Part shown: one piece after another, positions 49,904 through 63,792 of the stretch
Layout: each line of letters opens with the position of its first letter
How positions within the stretch are numbered: the first letter of the stretch is position 1
Source of the DNA: Chrysomallon squamiferum
Taxonomy: Eukaryota; Animalia; Mollusca
Direction of reading: 5' to 3'
Assembly (NCBI GenBank): GCA_012295275.1
Contig: CM022679.1
Span: 6,510,001 to 6,574,000 of the forward strand
DNA: 64,000 bases
Made by a program: the position numbers and the translations under genes
The notes under the pieces: generated by a model
Seen by the model: the letters and a program-made list of their open reading frames with translations, nothing else
Told to the model about the DNA's origin: nothing
Databases searched by the model: none

Positions 49904-52332
49904 GTTTATACATGGTAAAATATTTTAGTTTGCATTTGTTTTAAAAAAGAAGAAAGTAAAAAAGTCTTACCTGAGTGTTTTCAATGGCATGTGGAAATAT
50001 GTATTTTCATCTCGAAAAGTGTGTCTTTAGACACAGACAGATACTTATGTAACTGATTTTTTATATATAAAAGTAAGGTATGATTTTCTTGTTAGAATAA
50101 CTTTCCAATAAGATTAAAAGGATACTGAATTTAAAAATATAAATAAATAATTACTCACAGAATATCGCCTTCATCCTTTGTCATCGGTACAATAAAGACG
50201 AAACAAAGTTTTAAAATTATATCGAGGAAATAAAGGTAAATCACTTTCCTGGTATTAATTTTAAATCTAGCCGCTTACACACAACCTTAGCAAACATAGT
50301 ACGCATTAACAGCTGAACATAGTTATTTCATGAAATCTCTGTACAAATGCTGTAGGTAATATAGCCATTAAATTATAAACATTTAAATGATGTATATTTG
50401 AGAGTGCGTTGATAAGTGTGTACTAACGTTTACATTTGTAATAAAGAATTAAATCTGTTTTGGAACATCCGAACATGAATATCTTTTTTTTTCTTTCTTT
50501 CTTTCTTTCTTTCTTTCTTTTATTTGTTTTATTGATAGATAAATCTCTCTCTCTCTCTCTCTTGAATTCAATTAATTATACTTAGAGTACCGTGTTTTCG
50601 ATTCTTAGTGATCTTGTAGTACACCTATTAATGATAAAATACTTGTCTCACTTTCACTATTTCTCAAATCAAATTTCCTTCAATTCCGTTTCAAAGCTAA
50701 GGTTTGCCATTTTCATGAGTTGTTTAGTGTGCCTTACATGCCTGTTATCATGTTATAACTGCAGTCGAGAAACTGTTAACTGTGTAACTGAAGAATGAAT
50801 GAACGATATTTAAAGTTCTCATTTATAACAAAGAAAGATGTGAAAGATAATTCGTTCGTGTCATAACAAGGGCTGAATTGATTTTTGATTATCAAATAAA
50901 TATTTCGCTTTTTTAACAAATCTGTAAACACTATACTGAATACATTATAATCAACGATGAATTTGGTACAGCGATCAAAATATGCTAGAATTTTCGGTTA
51001 AGCTTGAATCGTTCATCACAAAACTACGTAATGGAAATTGTAATTACAAAGTTTTAATGTTTATCACAACAAATAAATAAATAAATATTACTAGAATAAT
51101 CATTGAAATTTCATTCTGTCATTTTCTTTCTATAGTAAATAAAACTCGTCCAAATCTTTATTATTTTAATGAAAAATGCTTTGTTAAAACAACAATCTCA
51201 AACTCAAGAAAGAATGTAATAATTTTAATATATTTATTCAGTAACAAAACTTATTCACATAAAATATTTTGTCTCATGAATAAATAAAAATAAATATTTA
51301 AAATACCATCTTAATATTTATTATAAATAGATTATTACGAATACTAAATAATTATAAAATTGTTTGAAATAAAAAGACAAACAGTTAACAACAAAGATTA
51401 CAGATTTAGTACATCTCAAAACGTACTGCTTAATGTACATGTTTTATGCTATTACAAGCCGTAATTAAATATATCTATACTTGAGTGTGCTTGTCATGCT
51501 TTGTATATTTACAACTGATTTTATTTATACAACTGATGTTAGAAATAGGTGTTGCCTTGACCCTCAAATGTATTTTACGTTTTCCTTACATCTGGATCAG
51601 TGAAATACATTTCTGTCAGTGATTAGAAAGATGAGTGATCTTCACTTTTATGTCATGACTTTCTGAGCTGCAGCCGTTTCTGCAGGTGATCGTTCCGTTT
51701 TCTCAGTGATGTGAATATGTGTTTGAATAAACCAGTTGTAATCATTATCTTCTTCATCTTCTATCGTCATGAAATATCTTTCAACATTCTTCATTTTTTT
51801 TTTTGTACAAAATAAACAATTATTTTCTTCAACTAAAGCCACAGTTTTGATTCAAATGCTAACTGATAAACCAGCAGTGTATGCATTTAGATTTCGTTAC
51901 ATATTTATGTAATTAACAAAATCTAACATATCTGAGCTACAGAATCTTATCTATACAAAATAATAATACAAAAGTATTTATCAATAACAGGATAGATATT
52001 ACACTTTATGTTAATGGGAATTAGAAAACTAACCATTTAGTAAAATTATGATGTCTTATGTTCCTGTTTGAAACTCATTTTTTCTTTAGTAATAATACAT
52101 TTTAGAACAGATATGTTTTTCTTTGATAAAGAATTTGTTATTCTTCATAATACAAATAGTATTTATGTCATTAAATAATAATTTTATTCTAATATAATTA
52201 AGGATAATCATAAATTAATAATAGTAATAATTATAATAATAATAACACAACAGCAACAACACTCTATCTGGCTTATTTATTTATTAATTTAATAATAATA
52301 ATAATAATAATAATGATAATATATACACACAT

Positions 52333-52365
<33 letters not shown>

Positions 52366-54451
52366 TATTTGTTTTGATATTGTTTACATTTTTACTTTTC
52401 GTAAATTCAATATAAGTTTTTTTAAATATTACCTAATAATCTTGGGGAGACAAATTATTTTTTGCAATATTAATCTGCCACATGGTTTGAACAAAACCTG
52501 TATGTTAATGAGTTTTGTTCTAGATTCCTGGTCATTTGCTCATCATTTGTTATACACACCTACATATTTCTGTTTACTCTGACACGAGGTGACATGTTAT
52601 AGCACTTATCTACATTTCTTACCTCAATACATTGCCCAAACATTGCACAGTTTGTCCTATATGATCCACACCAACAGTTAAGAGTTGTAATTAATTAATG
52701 GTTAATAACTGAATTAACTTGCCTATTTAATAATAATTTTCATTTACATATATTGTAATGTTATATTTTCAAAATTAGCTATCATATACATCACTGAAGT
52801 ATTAATGTAATTCCCATATCATTACATTTGTATTATTTATCAAAATGAATATGATATATGAAATATAAACACAGGCATATTTAAAAATGCACTAATAACA
52901 AAACAATTTTCAGACTCATATTATTCACTTATTGAAAAATAAATACAAATTTGTGCTGCTGTTTATTATTGTCACCTTCATTACTGGTTAAAACAAAAAT
53001 ATCTTTCCAGTAACACAAGTTTTTATAGTGACATATTAGTTTTTTTCTAATACATATCATGAAGATGAATCCCGTCAAAACTCACTGCAATATGTTCAAA
53101 AAATCCTCTTTTGTTTAATCTTAGACTGAAGAGACTTATGAGATTCCTTAGATACTGTGAGACAACAGGGATGATCTCCCAGCAAAACTTATATGCCATA
53201 ACACTGCCAAATTGTAATCCAAGCTCATGAATTTATATACAGCCCACCAAAATGGTGATAAGTGAAAAGAATATATCCTCAAAGGCTTCTGACACTGCAT
53301 CAAATGAACTAATGAACTAATGAACTGTGATCTATGCACTTATATGAAATTCTATGCAATATAATTATATCATATGCAAGCATGAAAAAACATTTATATT
53401 ATTGGTAATAATTATTTATATAATATTAATTTTATTTCTTATAGCATAACAATTCACGAGCTTTGAGTGAAGGGGTTTTGCCTGAGGGATTTATTACCAA
53501 TTAGTAATGAAGATTCATAGATTTATTGTGTAAACATCCAATATAATAAGCTGATACACTGACATTCAGTACTCTGTATGTCATATAAGGGCTTCCATGA
53601 AAATTAGTCATCAGTATAATTAGCAAAATGGTAGGAAATGTACACAGGTGAAACATCTGGTGTTGGGACAAAACCCCAATGGAAAAAATGGCAGCAGTAT
53701 GGGTGTTCACCAACAAATCAATGCCATCAACACTACAGATATATTTTTTGTTTGATTTATTAAATAAGACTAAAGCATTTTCAGTCTTAGAATATGTTGA
53801 AATATTCTCTAGTTATCAATATTATTTTACCCTGAATTTGTCTGAGATTGAAATTGTCAAAATATTTGGTTAATGTCAGGATTTGACAAAACAAATGTAA
53901 TCATGGCAAATTGTTGAGTCTTGAAAGAAAAGCTTTAAGATTATATAATTTTCATAACAATGAACTTAGTTTTTATTTTAAAGTCTGCAACTCTGACACA
54001 AGACTCTTAAAAATAAATTTAACATCAAAGTGTTATTTATACATTTTTAAAGTCACTGAGTATAAAATGCCTCTTCCAACTTCTTACAGTATAAATGAAT
54101 TAAATGATATTCTAATAATGTGTATAACTTTGTTATTATCATAATAAGAGAAAAACATTTATTCAGCCTTTAGGGAAGAATATTTATGTGTTATAATAGC
54201 CAAGAAATAAAAGTGTTAAATGGATGCAATGTGAAATGGAAATATTCTGCTTACAAAAATAAACAAAGCTGATAATGTAAACAAACTGGGTAATCCTAAG
54301 TTTTCAGAATATAATCAATTTTGATTTCTCAGTAGGAAATTAAGGTCTGTGTGTCCAGTGAAACTCAGTTTATAAAGTTAGTAAAGGTATAAAAACTAAT
54401 TTGTAAATTGCAAAAGCTATCAAAGATGAAAGCAGTCAGTTTTCCAGATTT

Positions 54452-57400
54452 TCATAGGGTTGCAATGTTGCATATGGTCTTTCTCTTTGTTCCTGGCTCT
54501 GTAAGTGTGTCTGACTCAGGCTGAACACTCTGCCTGGATTCCTGATCACTGTTATTCAGGTTAGTTTCATTTGCAACTTCATGAAGCTCCAAATTATCAT
54601 ATGCTGCCTTATTATTAGCATAAGTTTCTGTATCAAATGGTAAAATACTTTGATTAGTCATAATATTAAAACCTAAGAAATATAAAACTTTTGTATCAGT
54701 ATAAAGTAATTGTCAGTAATTCAAGTTAAGTACATTATTGTAAAAGTATAACAAATAATAATAAATAATTATTAAAGGTAGATTTTGAAATTAAGTGATG
54801 GGAATCAAATAATTAGTTATGTTTTCAAAATAATTAATTGCTACCTAAAGTAATACAGACCTGCAACTCAACTGACAGGTACAAACAAAATATTATTATT
54901 CATAGAATGAATGACATTGTACATACCACTGCTAACCTCCTCTCTCCTCCTATCATCTAGATGTCTACAACAGTGATGAATAAATAAATAAATAAATTAA
55001 TTAATTAATTAATCAAAAATTGTATATAAAATTAATTAATTAAAAATAGTAAATAAAAGTAATTAATAAGATAATAAATTTAATCCATTTTGAACTTTAC
55101 TGTGAATTAAAAAGCAAAAACAACAAGATACACTTACGTATATGTTTCATCCTGCTTTTTTCTGAAAAAACTCAACAAAAAACCCCATTTTTATTATAAA
55201 GCAGCTAGCCAGTTTTATTTATTATTACACAGACACAAATATACATATCATTATACAGACATAAATCTACTTAGTACACAAACACAAATAGAACATTTAT
55301 ATATAGACACAAATATACTATTTATATGCAGTTAGTTATATATATTGCAAAGACACAAATATAGTTATTATTACACAGACACAAAAGTAATACATATTTA
55401 TTTATACATAGACACAAATATAGATATAATTACAGGCACAAATATATTTGTTATTACACTGACACACATATACATATTTATACATAGACATAAATATAAT
55501 TTTTCTTTTTTTAAGTGCAATAAAACCAAAATAAACATAAATGAGATCAGCAAGCTAAAAGATTTAAAAATAACTCCATGTGTTGAATCACCATGGAAGC
55601 AGAACTAAGATGACAGTTCAGTGTAGACAAAATAGTATGTTATCATATAGAACGGTTCATATTTACTGTGACTGTGCATTTAATTTTACAAACATCTGAA
55701 TTTTAGTAATATTCTCCCCTGCTTTATCCTGTCTCCTGTCTTTAGTATATCTCATTTAGCAGATCATTTCCCTAAACTTGTACAGGACACAACTTTTGTA
55801 TTGATGATTGTTAACACTCAATTTCCTTTTAAAACACAGATTAATAAAGAAAAAATATAAAAATATTAAATATTTTAGACTGTAAATTAACTGAGCAACT
55901 GTCTTACCTATTTTAGAAATTACATAACTCTGCCTTCGTAACAGTAAAATGACGACTATAACAATGAAAGATGTTACAACAATCCCAGACACACTCCCAA
56001 TAATAATAAAAATTATTCTTTCTGGCAGTGCATCTGATTTAATATCTGAAAATAAAATAACAACAAATAACACAATTGAAGAACAAAACATTTATTAGAA
56101 ATAACACTTTTTACTATTATTGTTTACAAAAGTAGAATATTACTTACACTCACATTTCTCAAGGTAAAATTCCTTTCCTCAATGACCATAACAAATACCA
56201 AATTGAATGGTATTTTCAAATGGCCTAAAACATTTTGTAATTGTACTTGCAGGTTATTGCTTTATAAAAACTGCTGATCAATCTTTGTTAATGATAAAGG
56301 TTGCTAATAAAACATTAGATTTATTATGAATTGAAATTAAATTTTTCATTTAATAGTAACATAAGTTTTTTCTTGAAATGTAAAAAACAAAACAATGCTT
56401 GTATATTTTGTAAATTTGTTTTCATCAACATTTGACATAAAAAACAAATAAAAGCTGTATTAACACCATTCATTCACAATATTACTTCCATAATGAAAAA
56501 TAAATTTGATAGATTAGTGTGATTTGTTACTTTGGTATATATTTATCAATTTTTTAGGTGATGCAGTTTTTCTTCTAACCAGAACTGGTAAAATGTTAAA
56601 TAATCATATATAATCAAAAATATTTTTGAAAACTTTTAAAATTAAAAAACTTGTCAATAGAGAATAAAATCTCTTTGAAGTTACAAAATTAACCGAAAGG
56701 TAATTAACTTTAGCATTTAAGGTAATAAGAATTTAACAGAGTTACCAAGATTACAGTCAGAGGCCTGTGTTGAACCTTCTCTTGTTGTAGTTTTGTTTGG
56801 TGGACAGAATGAATTCCCTAATTCTTGTTGTTACATTTTGGTATCTTTCTTATCATAATATACAGTTTGTATTTATATTACTTCTAGGAATATGTAGAGC
56901 ATATTAATTTAAATTCAAAAACTTGCCAATGGAGAATAAAATCTCTTTAAAGTTACAAAATTATATGATAGGTAATTAACTTTTGTATTTAAGGTAATAA
57001 GAATTTAACAGAGTTACCAAGATTACAGTCAGAAGCCTGTGTTGAACCTTCTCCTGCTGTAGTTTTGTTTGGTGGACATCGTGTACACTTAGTTGCTGTG
57101 GAAACTTCTTTGTAAAATCCTTTTTTACAAGGAACACAAGTTCCACCCTCGTCTTCTTTTCCTGGTGGACAGCTAACTGAAATATTAATCTGGCATAAAT
57201 GCTAGCACTGCAGAACAGAATGAATTCCCCTAATTCTTGTTGTTAAATTTTTTGTATATTTCTTATCATAACATACAGTTTGTATTTATATTACTTCTAA
57301 GAATATGTAGAGCATATTAATTTAAATTCAAAAACTTGTCAATGGAAAATAAAATCTCTTTAAAGTTATAAAATTAAATGAAAGGTAATTAACTTTAACA

Positions 57401-58919
57401 TTTAAAGTAATAAGAATTTAACAGAGTTACCAAGATTACAATCAGAAGCCTGTGTTGAACCTTCTCCTGCTGTAGTTTTGTTTGGTGGACATTGTGTACA
57501 CTTAGGTTGCTGTGGAAACTTCTTTGTAAAATCCTTTTTTACAAGGAACACAAGTTCCACCTTCATCTTCTTTTCCTGGTGGACAGGTCACTGAAATATT
57601 AATCTGGCATAAATGCTAGCACTGCAGAACAAAATGAATTCCCTAATTCTTGTTGTTAAATTTTTTATATCTTTCTTATCAAAACATACAGTTTGTATTT
57701 ATATTACTTCTAAGAATATGTAGAGCATATTAATTTAAATTCAAAGACTTGTCAATGGAGAATAAAATCTCTTTAAAGTTACAAAATTAACTGAAACATA
57801 ATTAACTTTTGCATCTAAGGTAATAAGGATTTAACAGAGTTACCAAGATTACAGTCAGAAGCCTGTGTCGAACCTTCTTCTGCTGTAGTTTTGTTTGTTG
57901 GACATCGTGTACATTTGGTTGCTGTGGAAGCTTCTTTGTAAAATCCTTTTTTACAAGGAACACAAGCTCCACCCTCGTCTTCTTTTCCTGGTGGACAGCT
58001 AACTGAAATATTAATCTGGCATAAATGCTAGCACTGCAGAACAGAATGAATTCCCTAATTCTTGTTGTTAAATTTTTTGTATATTTCTTATCATAACATA
58101 CAGTTTGTATTTATATTACTTCTAAGAATATGTAGAGCATATTAATTTAAATTCAAAAACTTGTCAATGGAAAATAAAATCTCTTTAAAGTTATAAAATT
58201 AACTGAAAGGTAATTAACTTTCGCATTTAAGGTAATAAGGATTTAACAGAGTTACCAAGATTACAGTCAGAGGCCTGTGTCGAACCTTCTCCTGCTGTAG
58301 TTTTGTTTGGTGGACATTGTGTACACTTAGCTGCCGTGGAAACTTCTTTGTAAAATCCTTTTTTACAAGGAACACAAGCTCCACCCTCGTCTTCTTTTCC
58401 TGGTGGACAGGTCACTGAAATATTAATCTGGCTTTAATGCTAGCACTGCAGAACAAAATGAATTCCCTAATTCTAGTTGTTAAATTTTCTGTATATTTCT
58501 TACCATAACATACAGTTTTTATTTATATTACTTCTAGGAATATATAGAGCATATTAATTTTATAGTTTTCTAATCTTTTTGTTTTCTTATTTCCTCTGCT
58601 AATGACAACAGAATTTAATAGATAAAAAACAAATTCTAAATTTTGAAGAAAAAAAGCCTCAGAAAATAAATAGAAAACACGGCAGATAAGCAACTTCTTA
58701 TGTAATTTATTAGAAACATACTGAAGATAAAGAAAAAACTAAAACTAAAACTAACTAATTAACTAAATAAATAAATAGTCATAAAGGGGCATAACTCATC
58801 CAGTATATCTGCAACTAAAGTGAAGGAAACTGTTTTTATACATAAGCAATTTATCCCTGGAAGTCTGTAAATATAATAATCAAACAAATACAACCATCAT
58901 TATCTGGAAGTCCATGTGG

Positions 58920-58968
<49 letters not shown>

Positions 58969-59167
58969 CACACACATAGAAACATACTTTTTTTTTTACT
59001 TATTTATTTCAGTCCAGTTAGAGTTACCTGTAATTTTGTTTAATGAAAATGAATAATAATTTTTTTGTTTTTTTTAAATTAAAACTTGTGAAAGTTTCAA
59101 TCTTTGGTTATTTTTCAAGAGAACTTTAATTTAAAAAATAAAATAATAAAATAAAATAAATAAATAA

Positions 59168-59219
<52 letters not shown>

Positions 59220-62200
59220 TCGTGTCAGGATTTATTTTGTAATGAAAATCAAATCTATATATATATGTATATGCATAATATTTTGATAGTGGTTTTATTT
59301 ATTTTTTCAACTTTTTAAAGATAAATTTCAGAATTTATTAAAATCTTTAAACTGAATTACTGCAGGTGTGTTTATTGTTGTTTAAGCTGGTGATAGTCTT
59401 GTGTTGGTTTAAAAATAATTCCGTTTCAGGTCAGTGCACGTATTTATGTCATAGTTTGTCCTTACCCATGTTTAGAGGGGTGGGAGAACTGATTTTTAAA
59501 CAGAAGACAGTTCAAGGATATTTCTGTAATTGCATGCTCCCCTTACCCTGTTAAACTGTATAAAACTGTGGTTCATTACTAATTACTATACTTTTCGGAA
59601 AAAGAAAAACTACAGGTTTACAATCATCGACAGCAGTTTGTTAATGGCCAATTTAACAGGCTGATAAGGATATAACCTTTGACTTCAAACAAATGTTGTA
59701 ATAATGTTTACCTACGAAGAAGAAAAACTACAAAAATTATTATTTTTCTAATTTCAAATTTCGAAAAGTTGTTATTGTTTTCCACTTGTAACAAACTAAA
59801 ATTAAGTTTGACAAACTGTTAATGCATGTTCAATTAATAAAGGCAGTTTATAGATTTATGCTGTATACATTTAGTCCTTCCATCCTATTTGTCTTCAATT
59901 CTTTAATTTGGAAGAATAACTGAAATTTTAAATAATTAATAATTTATTTATTTGGTTAATAATTATATAATATTATGGAAAGAAAACAATCATTCATAAA
60001 TTAATATAAAAACTCAGTAATACTTAGGATATATAATTTTTATTCATATAAGAACCAGATATATCAGCTGACATATGCACATATATTTATGTTAATAATC
60101 CAATAGATCTGCCTCTAAATATTTACCTCTCTCATCAAACAGACTAATGTTAGACACCCTTATTCTAAAGAATTCTTAATAGCTTTGAAAAGAGTTGTTT
60201 TATGGCCTTTTTAAATGAAAATTTAATTACAGATAACTGCTCTTTTCTTGGAGGATCACTCCTTCATTCAAAACATAAAACCCCATTTCCTTAGTTTTAT
60301 TAATATATGCTTATTCATATATATATCAAAATTGATTTTGATCAGGGATCGAAAATGTCCAATTGCTTAAATATATACATCATTTCATCAACTCAACCTA
60401 TACCACCAATAAAACAATTTCGCTAAAACAAATATACTTACAAAGGCAATCAGAGAACGATGTTGATCCACTTTGACTTGTAGTGTAATTCTGAGGACAA
60501 TTATTACACTTTGTTGCATTTATTTGATCTTGGTAATATCCAACTGGACATTCTACACATGTGTCAGATGCTACTCTTGTACCCTTTGGACACGTAACTG
60601 AAATACATAATAACAAACATACATATTTATTTTGCACTTCTTTCTATTTAATATATAAAGTATACCATATAGTAAATCCTCATAATGAAGAATTATATTT
60701 TGTTGAAAAGTCTCTCACTATCTTGATGGAGGTTTTCTGCATTTTCACTAATCTACCAAGATAAAGTATTAGCCCACTATTACTTAACTGTAAAAGAATT
60801 TAAAAGTAATTAAAGGCAAATGTAATTTAACAAATTGTTTGAAATGGATTCTTGTTCATAAATAAATTGCTGTATAATTTTAATTATCAAACATGACAGA
60901 CATTAACAGTAGGCTAAAAATAATTGTGGTAAGTCTGCTAATAACTGTGGCTTTAGGTATCATTCATAAATTTTAATGTTTAAAGAAAGACAAATACAAA
61001 CGTAACCAACTTACGGTAACAATAATTTATAGATGTGGCTCCTCCAATTGTAGTATTTTTATATTTTGGACATTTTGTGCATACAGTCGTTCCCGTTTTA
61101 TCTTGGTAGAAACCATGTCCACATTCCACACATTTATCAGAATGTTCTGCCGTTCCAATGGGGCATGGCTCTGCAATAGTAATAATATTAATATTATAAT
61201 AATTAGAAAAACAACAACGATAATAATTCTAAATGGCAGAAAGAAAACGTATTCAATATATTACGTTACAAAAACCATTTCTAGAACAATTATTGAAATT
61301 TTATTGAGTATTTTTCATGACTAATGAGCATAAGTGGTGGTTGTCTGAAACTACTGTAAAGTTCTTACCACACATAGTATTGGTGAGGACATATCCAGCC
61401 TGCCGACATACTGTGGTGATGTTTGTATTTGAAACTGACTGATAACTTAGTCCATATGTGTCATTCTGAAAGCATAAAATTATTACACAGTAGATCAATT
61501 GCATTATATTTATCCCTTACTATTCTGAAAGCATGAAAATAACACTGTAAAAACATTACATATCACTTGTGGAGTTGTGAATAAATTAAATTAGTTACTT
61601 TAGTTACTTTATGAAATATGCTACTCTGAAATAATGCAATAAATAAATTAATAATAATAATAAAAAATTAAATTATGAGTCAGTTAACAGGCTGATTAGA
61701 AAAAAGAAACAGTTAAATTTATTCCAGTGCTTATAATTCTTTTATTTATTTTCTTCTTCTTTTTCTTATTTATTATTATTAATTTTTTGTTATTATTATT
61801 ATTATAATTTATTTATTTATTTATTTATTTTTATTGACAGCAGGTAAACATTTGCTTTCCTTTTATCTTCAACTAAACAGAATAATGTACAGGAATCTTA
61901 TTCTTGCATAGTTAGCTCATAGCAACTAAAAGAATCATACCAAAGTACTGAAAACTGTCTTGTCAGTAAAATAATCATTGAGAACATTTCTGGTAGATCT
62001 AATTTCTTCAGAACCTGTTGATGTGTTCAGCTTGAGTTCTTGTCTGCAAATAGTAACAATTATAATAATAATAATAATAATAGTAATAAAGCAAAGGAAA
62101 TACAGAACGAAGTTTAAAAAAAAATGGTTAGCATCTTTTGTTTAGCTAGGGATTTTTTATATGGACATATTCATAAGCATAAAATTACATCTGAAATTCG

Positions 62201-63792
62201 TGATAAACTGATTGCCTAGCCTGAAATGGGAAACTAATTCAATGACTGGTTTGTGCTCTAACCCTGAGCTGCAATCTGCCCGTTACCACCAGTACCACCA
62301 TCACCACCACTACTACAACTACTGCAACTCTTACTGCTAGTTATTGTTATCATAAAAACATATTAATGACATCTTTTAAAACCAGCTAATAGTTATTTAA
62401 ATTTAATTTTGATGGATTAAACAAAATAATAATAATAAATGATAATAATAATAAAAAGAAAATACATGAATAAATAAAACAGAGAAAAGTAACACATACG
62501 GAATAGAGTTGAATATCAAATCCATTTTTATCGGAATCCAAGTCTGTCGGCGACGACGACCCGAAGACTGACATCCTGTTACATCATCACTGACGTCCAC
62601 GTTGTCGCAGACCACATTGTTACATATTCCTTCCCACGTGCGATTGAGATGTTTCATCTGACGTCGTGCTTCAGTTCGTAGTGTGTCTGTCATCAACTCC
62701 GGCCTGTCACACGACTTTGCTGTAAACTGCATCGTGATTCTGTATGTCATTAAATCCAGCTGCGGAATCACTTCACCACCTAGCAAGAATCAGAATGATA
62801 TCATGTTAATTTCAATCTGTCTTTCTCTCCCGCTTCTTGTTTTTTTCCTTTGTAACAGAATCAAGACTGATTATTACTATTATTATAACTAGGTTTATCT
62901 TGTGTGAAATTAATTTAGGTTGTGTAATAGTATTAGCAACAGCAGTGACAGTGATCTTCAATTTGATTGTGGTTGTATATTTGTATTAGAAAATACACTT
63001 GTAACAATAGTAACAGTAGTAATTAAAGTGAAGTATCATACTTGGTAATGGAACACATTCTGCACTTCCCCGCTGAACAGTTTTCTGTCCTTGTGGACAT
63101 TTTGTACAAAAACGTGACTGAGTGTTTTTGAAATAATTCATAGAACACTGTTTGCACTGAGAGTCCAGGTAATCGAACTCTTGTCCGGCAGGACACGGAG
63201 CTGTAATAATAACAGTGCAAAAACAACAGCAATAATAATTATAGCCAGAACAGTTAGAGTAATTATAATAATTTCGTTTTAAATTAAACAGTAACATAAA
63301 AAAAGTAATAACAAATAATAGTAAATATATACCAAATAATTGTATCATTACTGAAATAATACACATTACATTATTATTTAGAAAATTACCATAAAACATT
63401 TAAAACTGAGATACCAAGACAATTACAACATATAAATATTAACTTAATTCAATCAGAGTATTTATGTGATTGTCCAGGATAAATAAGTAACTAAACCTTG
63501 CATAACTGAAAATCTGTAAAGACCTCTAATTAATTTCTTTTTTAGATCATGTTTGTTAATATTTTTAAAATGAAAATTTTAACATGAATTAAAACAGATA
63601 AATTAAAATATCAGGTAAGTGAAAACTTACGATGACAAAACTGTTGTCCTGTTGATCTGGTGGATTTGGTCAGAGTTCCAGAAGGACATGGGATACATAC
63701 AGGTTGAGATATTTTATCCTGATACGTATCCAGCGCACAGTCAATACAGGTGTATGTTAAAGAATCCACACGTGTACCAGCCTGACACTGAT
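54452..63792 (-). CDS. Single-pass membrane protein with ephrin-receptor-like (GCC2/GCC3-type) Cys-rich repeats and a SEA-like segment (SVEP1/SCUBE/uninflatable-like modules); 3' part only, 5' end beyond the window
   Basis: Exons 63792-63631, 63200-63042, 62779-62500, 62043-61941, 61465-61369, 61170-61015, 60597-60442, array exons 58414-58256, 58002-57844, 57176-57018, TM exon 56045-55908, micro-exons 55161-55138 and possibly 54956-54927, last exon 54672-54452. Repeats follow C..G......C..C..G.Y......C..CP....T...G......C and are each encoded by a phase 1-1 exon. Confidence 0.88.
55220..55495. repeat. Degenerate intronic tandem repeat with core acagacacaaatata
   Basis: About nine diverged copies of gacacaaata at 25-35 bp spacing. 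Confidence 0.7.
56746..56806 (-). pseudogene. Truncated exon copy lacking its 5' part and splice acceptor
   Basis: ggtggaca joins directly to gaatgaattccc; about 139 bp (equivalent to 57079-57217) is missing relative to the full units. Confidence 0.8.
57431..57590 (-). pseudogene. Frameshifted copy of the Cys-rich exon (160 nt instead of 159)
   Basis: Plus strand reads cttaggttgc versus cttagttgc in the neighbouring copy, giving ACC TAA in frame. Splice sites are intact. Could be an assembly consensus error. Confidence 0.6.
58778..59000. mobile_element. Possible Helentron/HINE-like non-autonomous element fragment
   Basis: aaggggcataactc motif followed by an internal (CA)n tract and a T-run, a layout recalled from molluscan interspersed repeats. 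No termini defined. Confidence 0.25.

Larger units (their letters stand above)
56645..58560 (-). repeat. Tandem array of about 412-bp exon+intron units (four full units plus one internally deleted unit)
   Basis: Near-identical units; exon 3' ends at 58256, 57844, 57431, 57018 and 56746. Intron sequence is as conserved as exon sequence. Confidence 0.97.

Noticed and set aside
49971-50250. Possible non-coding 5' exons of the chitinase (minus-strand donors near 49970 and 50158)
   Set aside because: The donors look canonical, but boundaries and linkage cannot be established without transcript data.
51648-51842. 64-aa minus-strand ORF between the chitinase and the Cys-rich gene
   Set aside because: No true ATG context, domain or clear splice sites; more likely 3' UTR or intergenic sequence.
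56645-58560. Regular repeat array considered as CRISPR or satellite DNA
   Set aside because: Units are about 412 bp with no unique spacers, and each contains a spliceable exon of the host gene.
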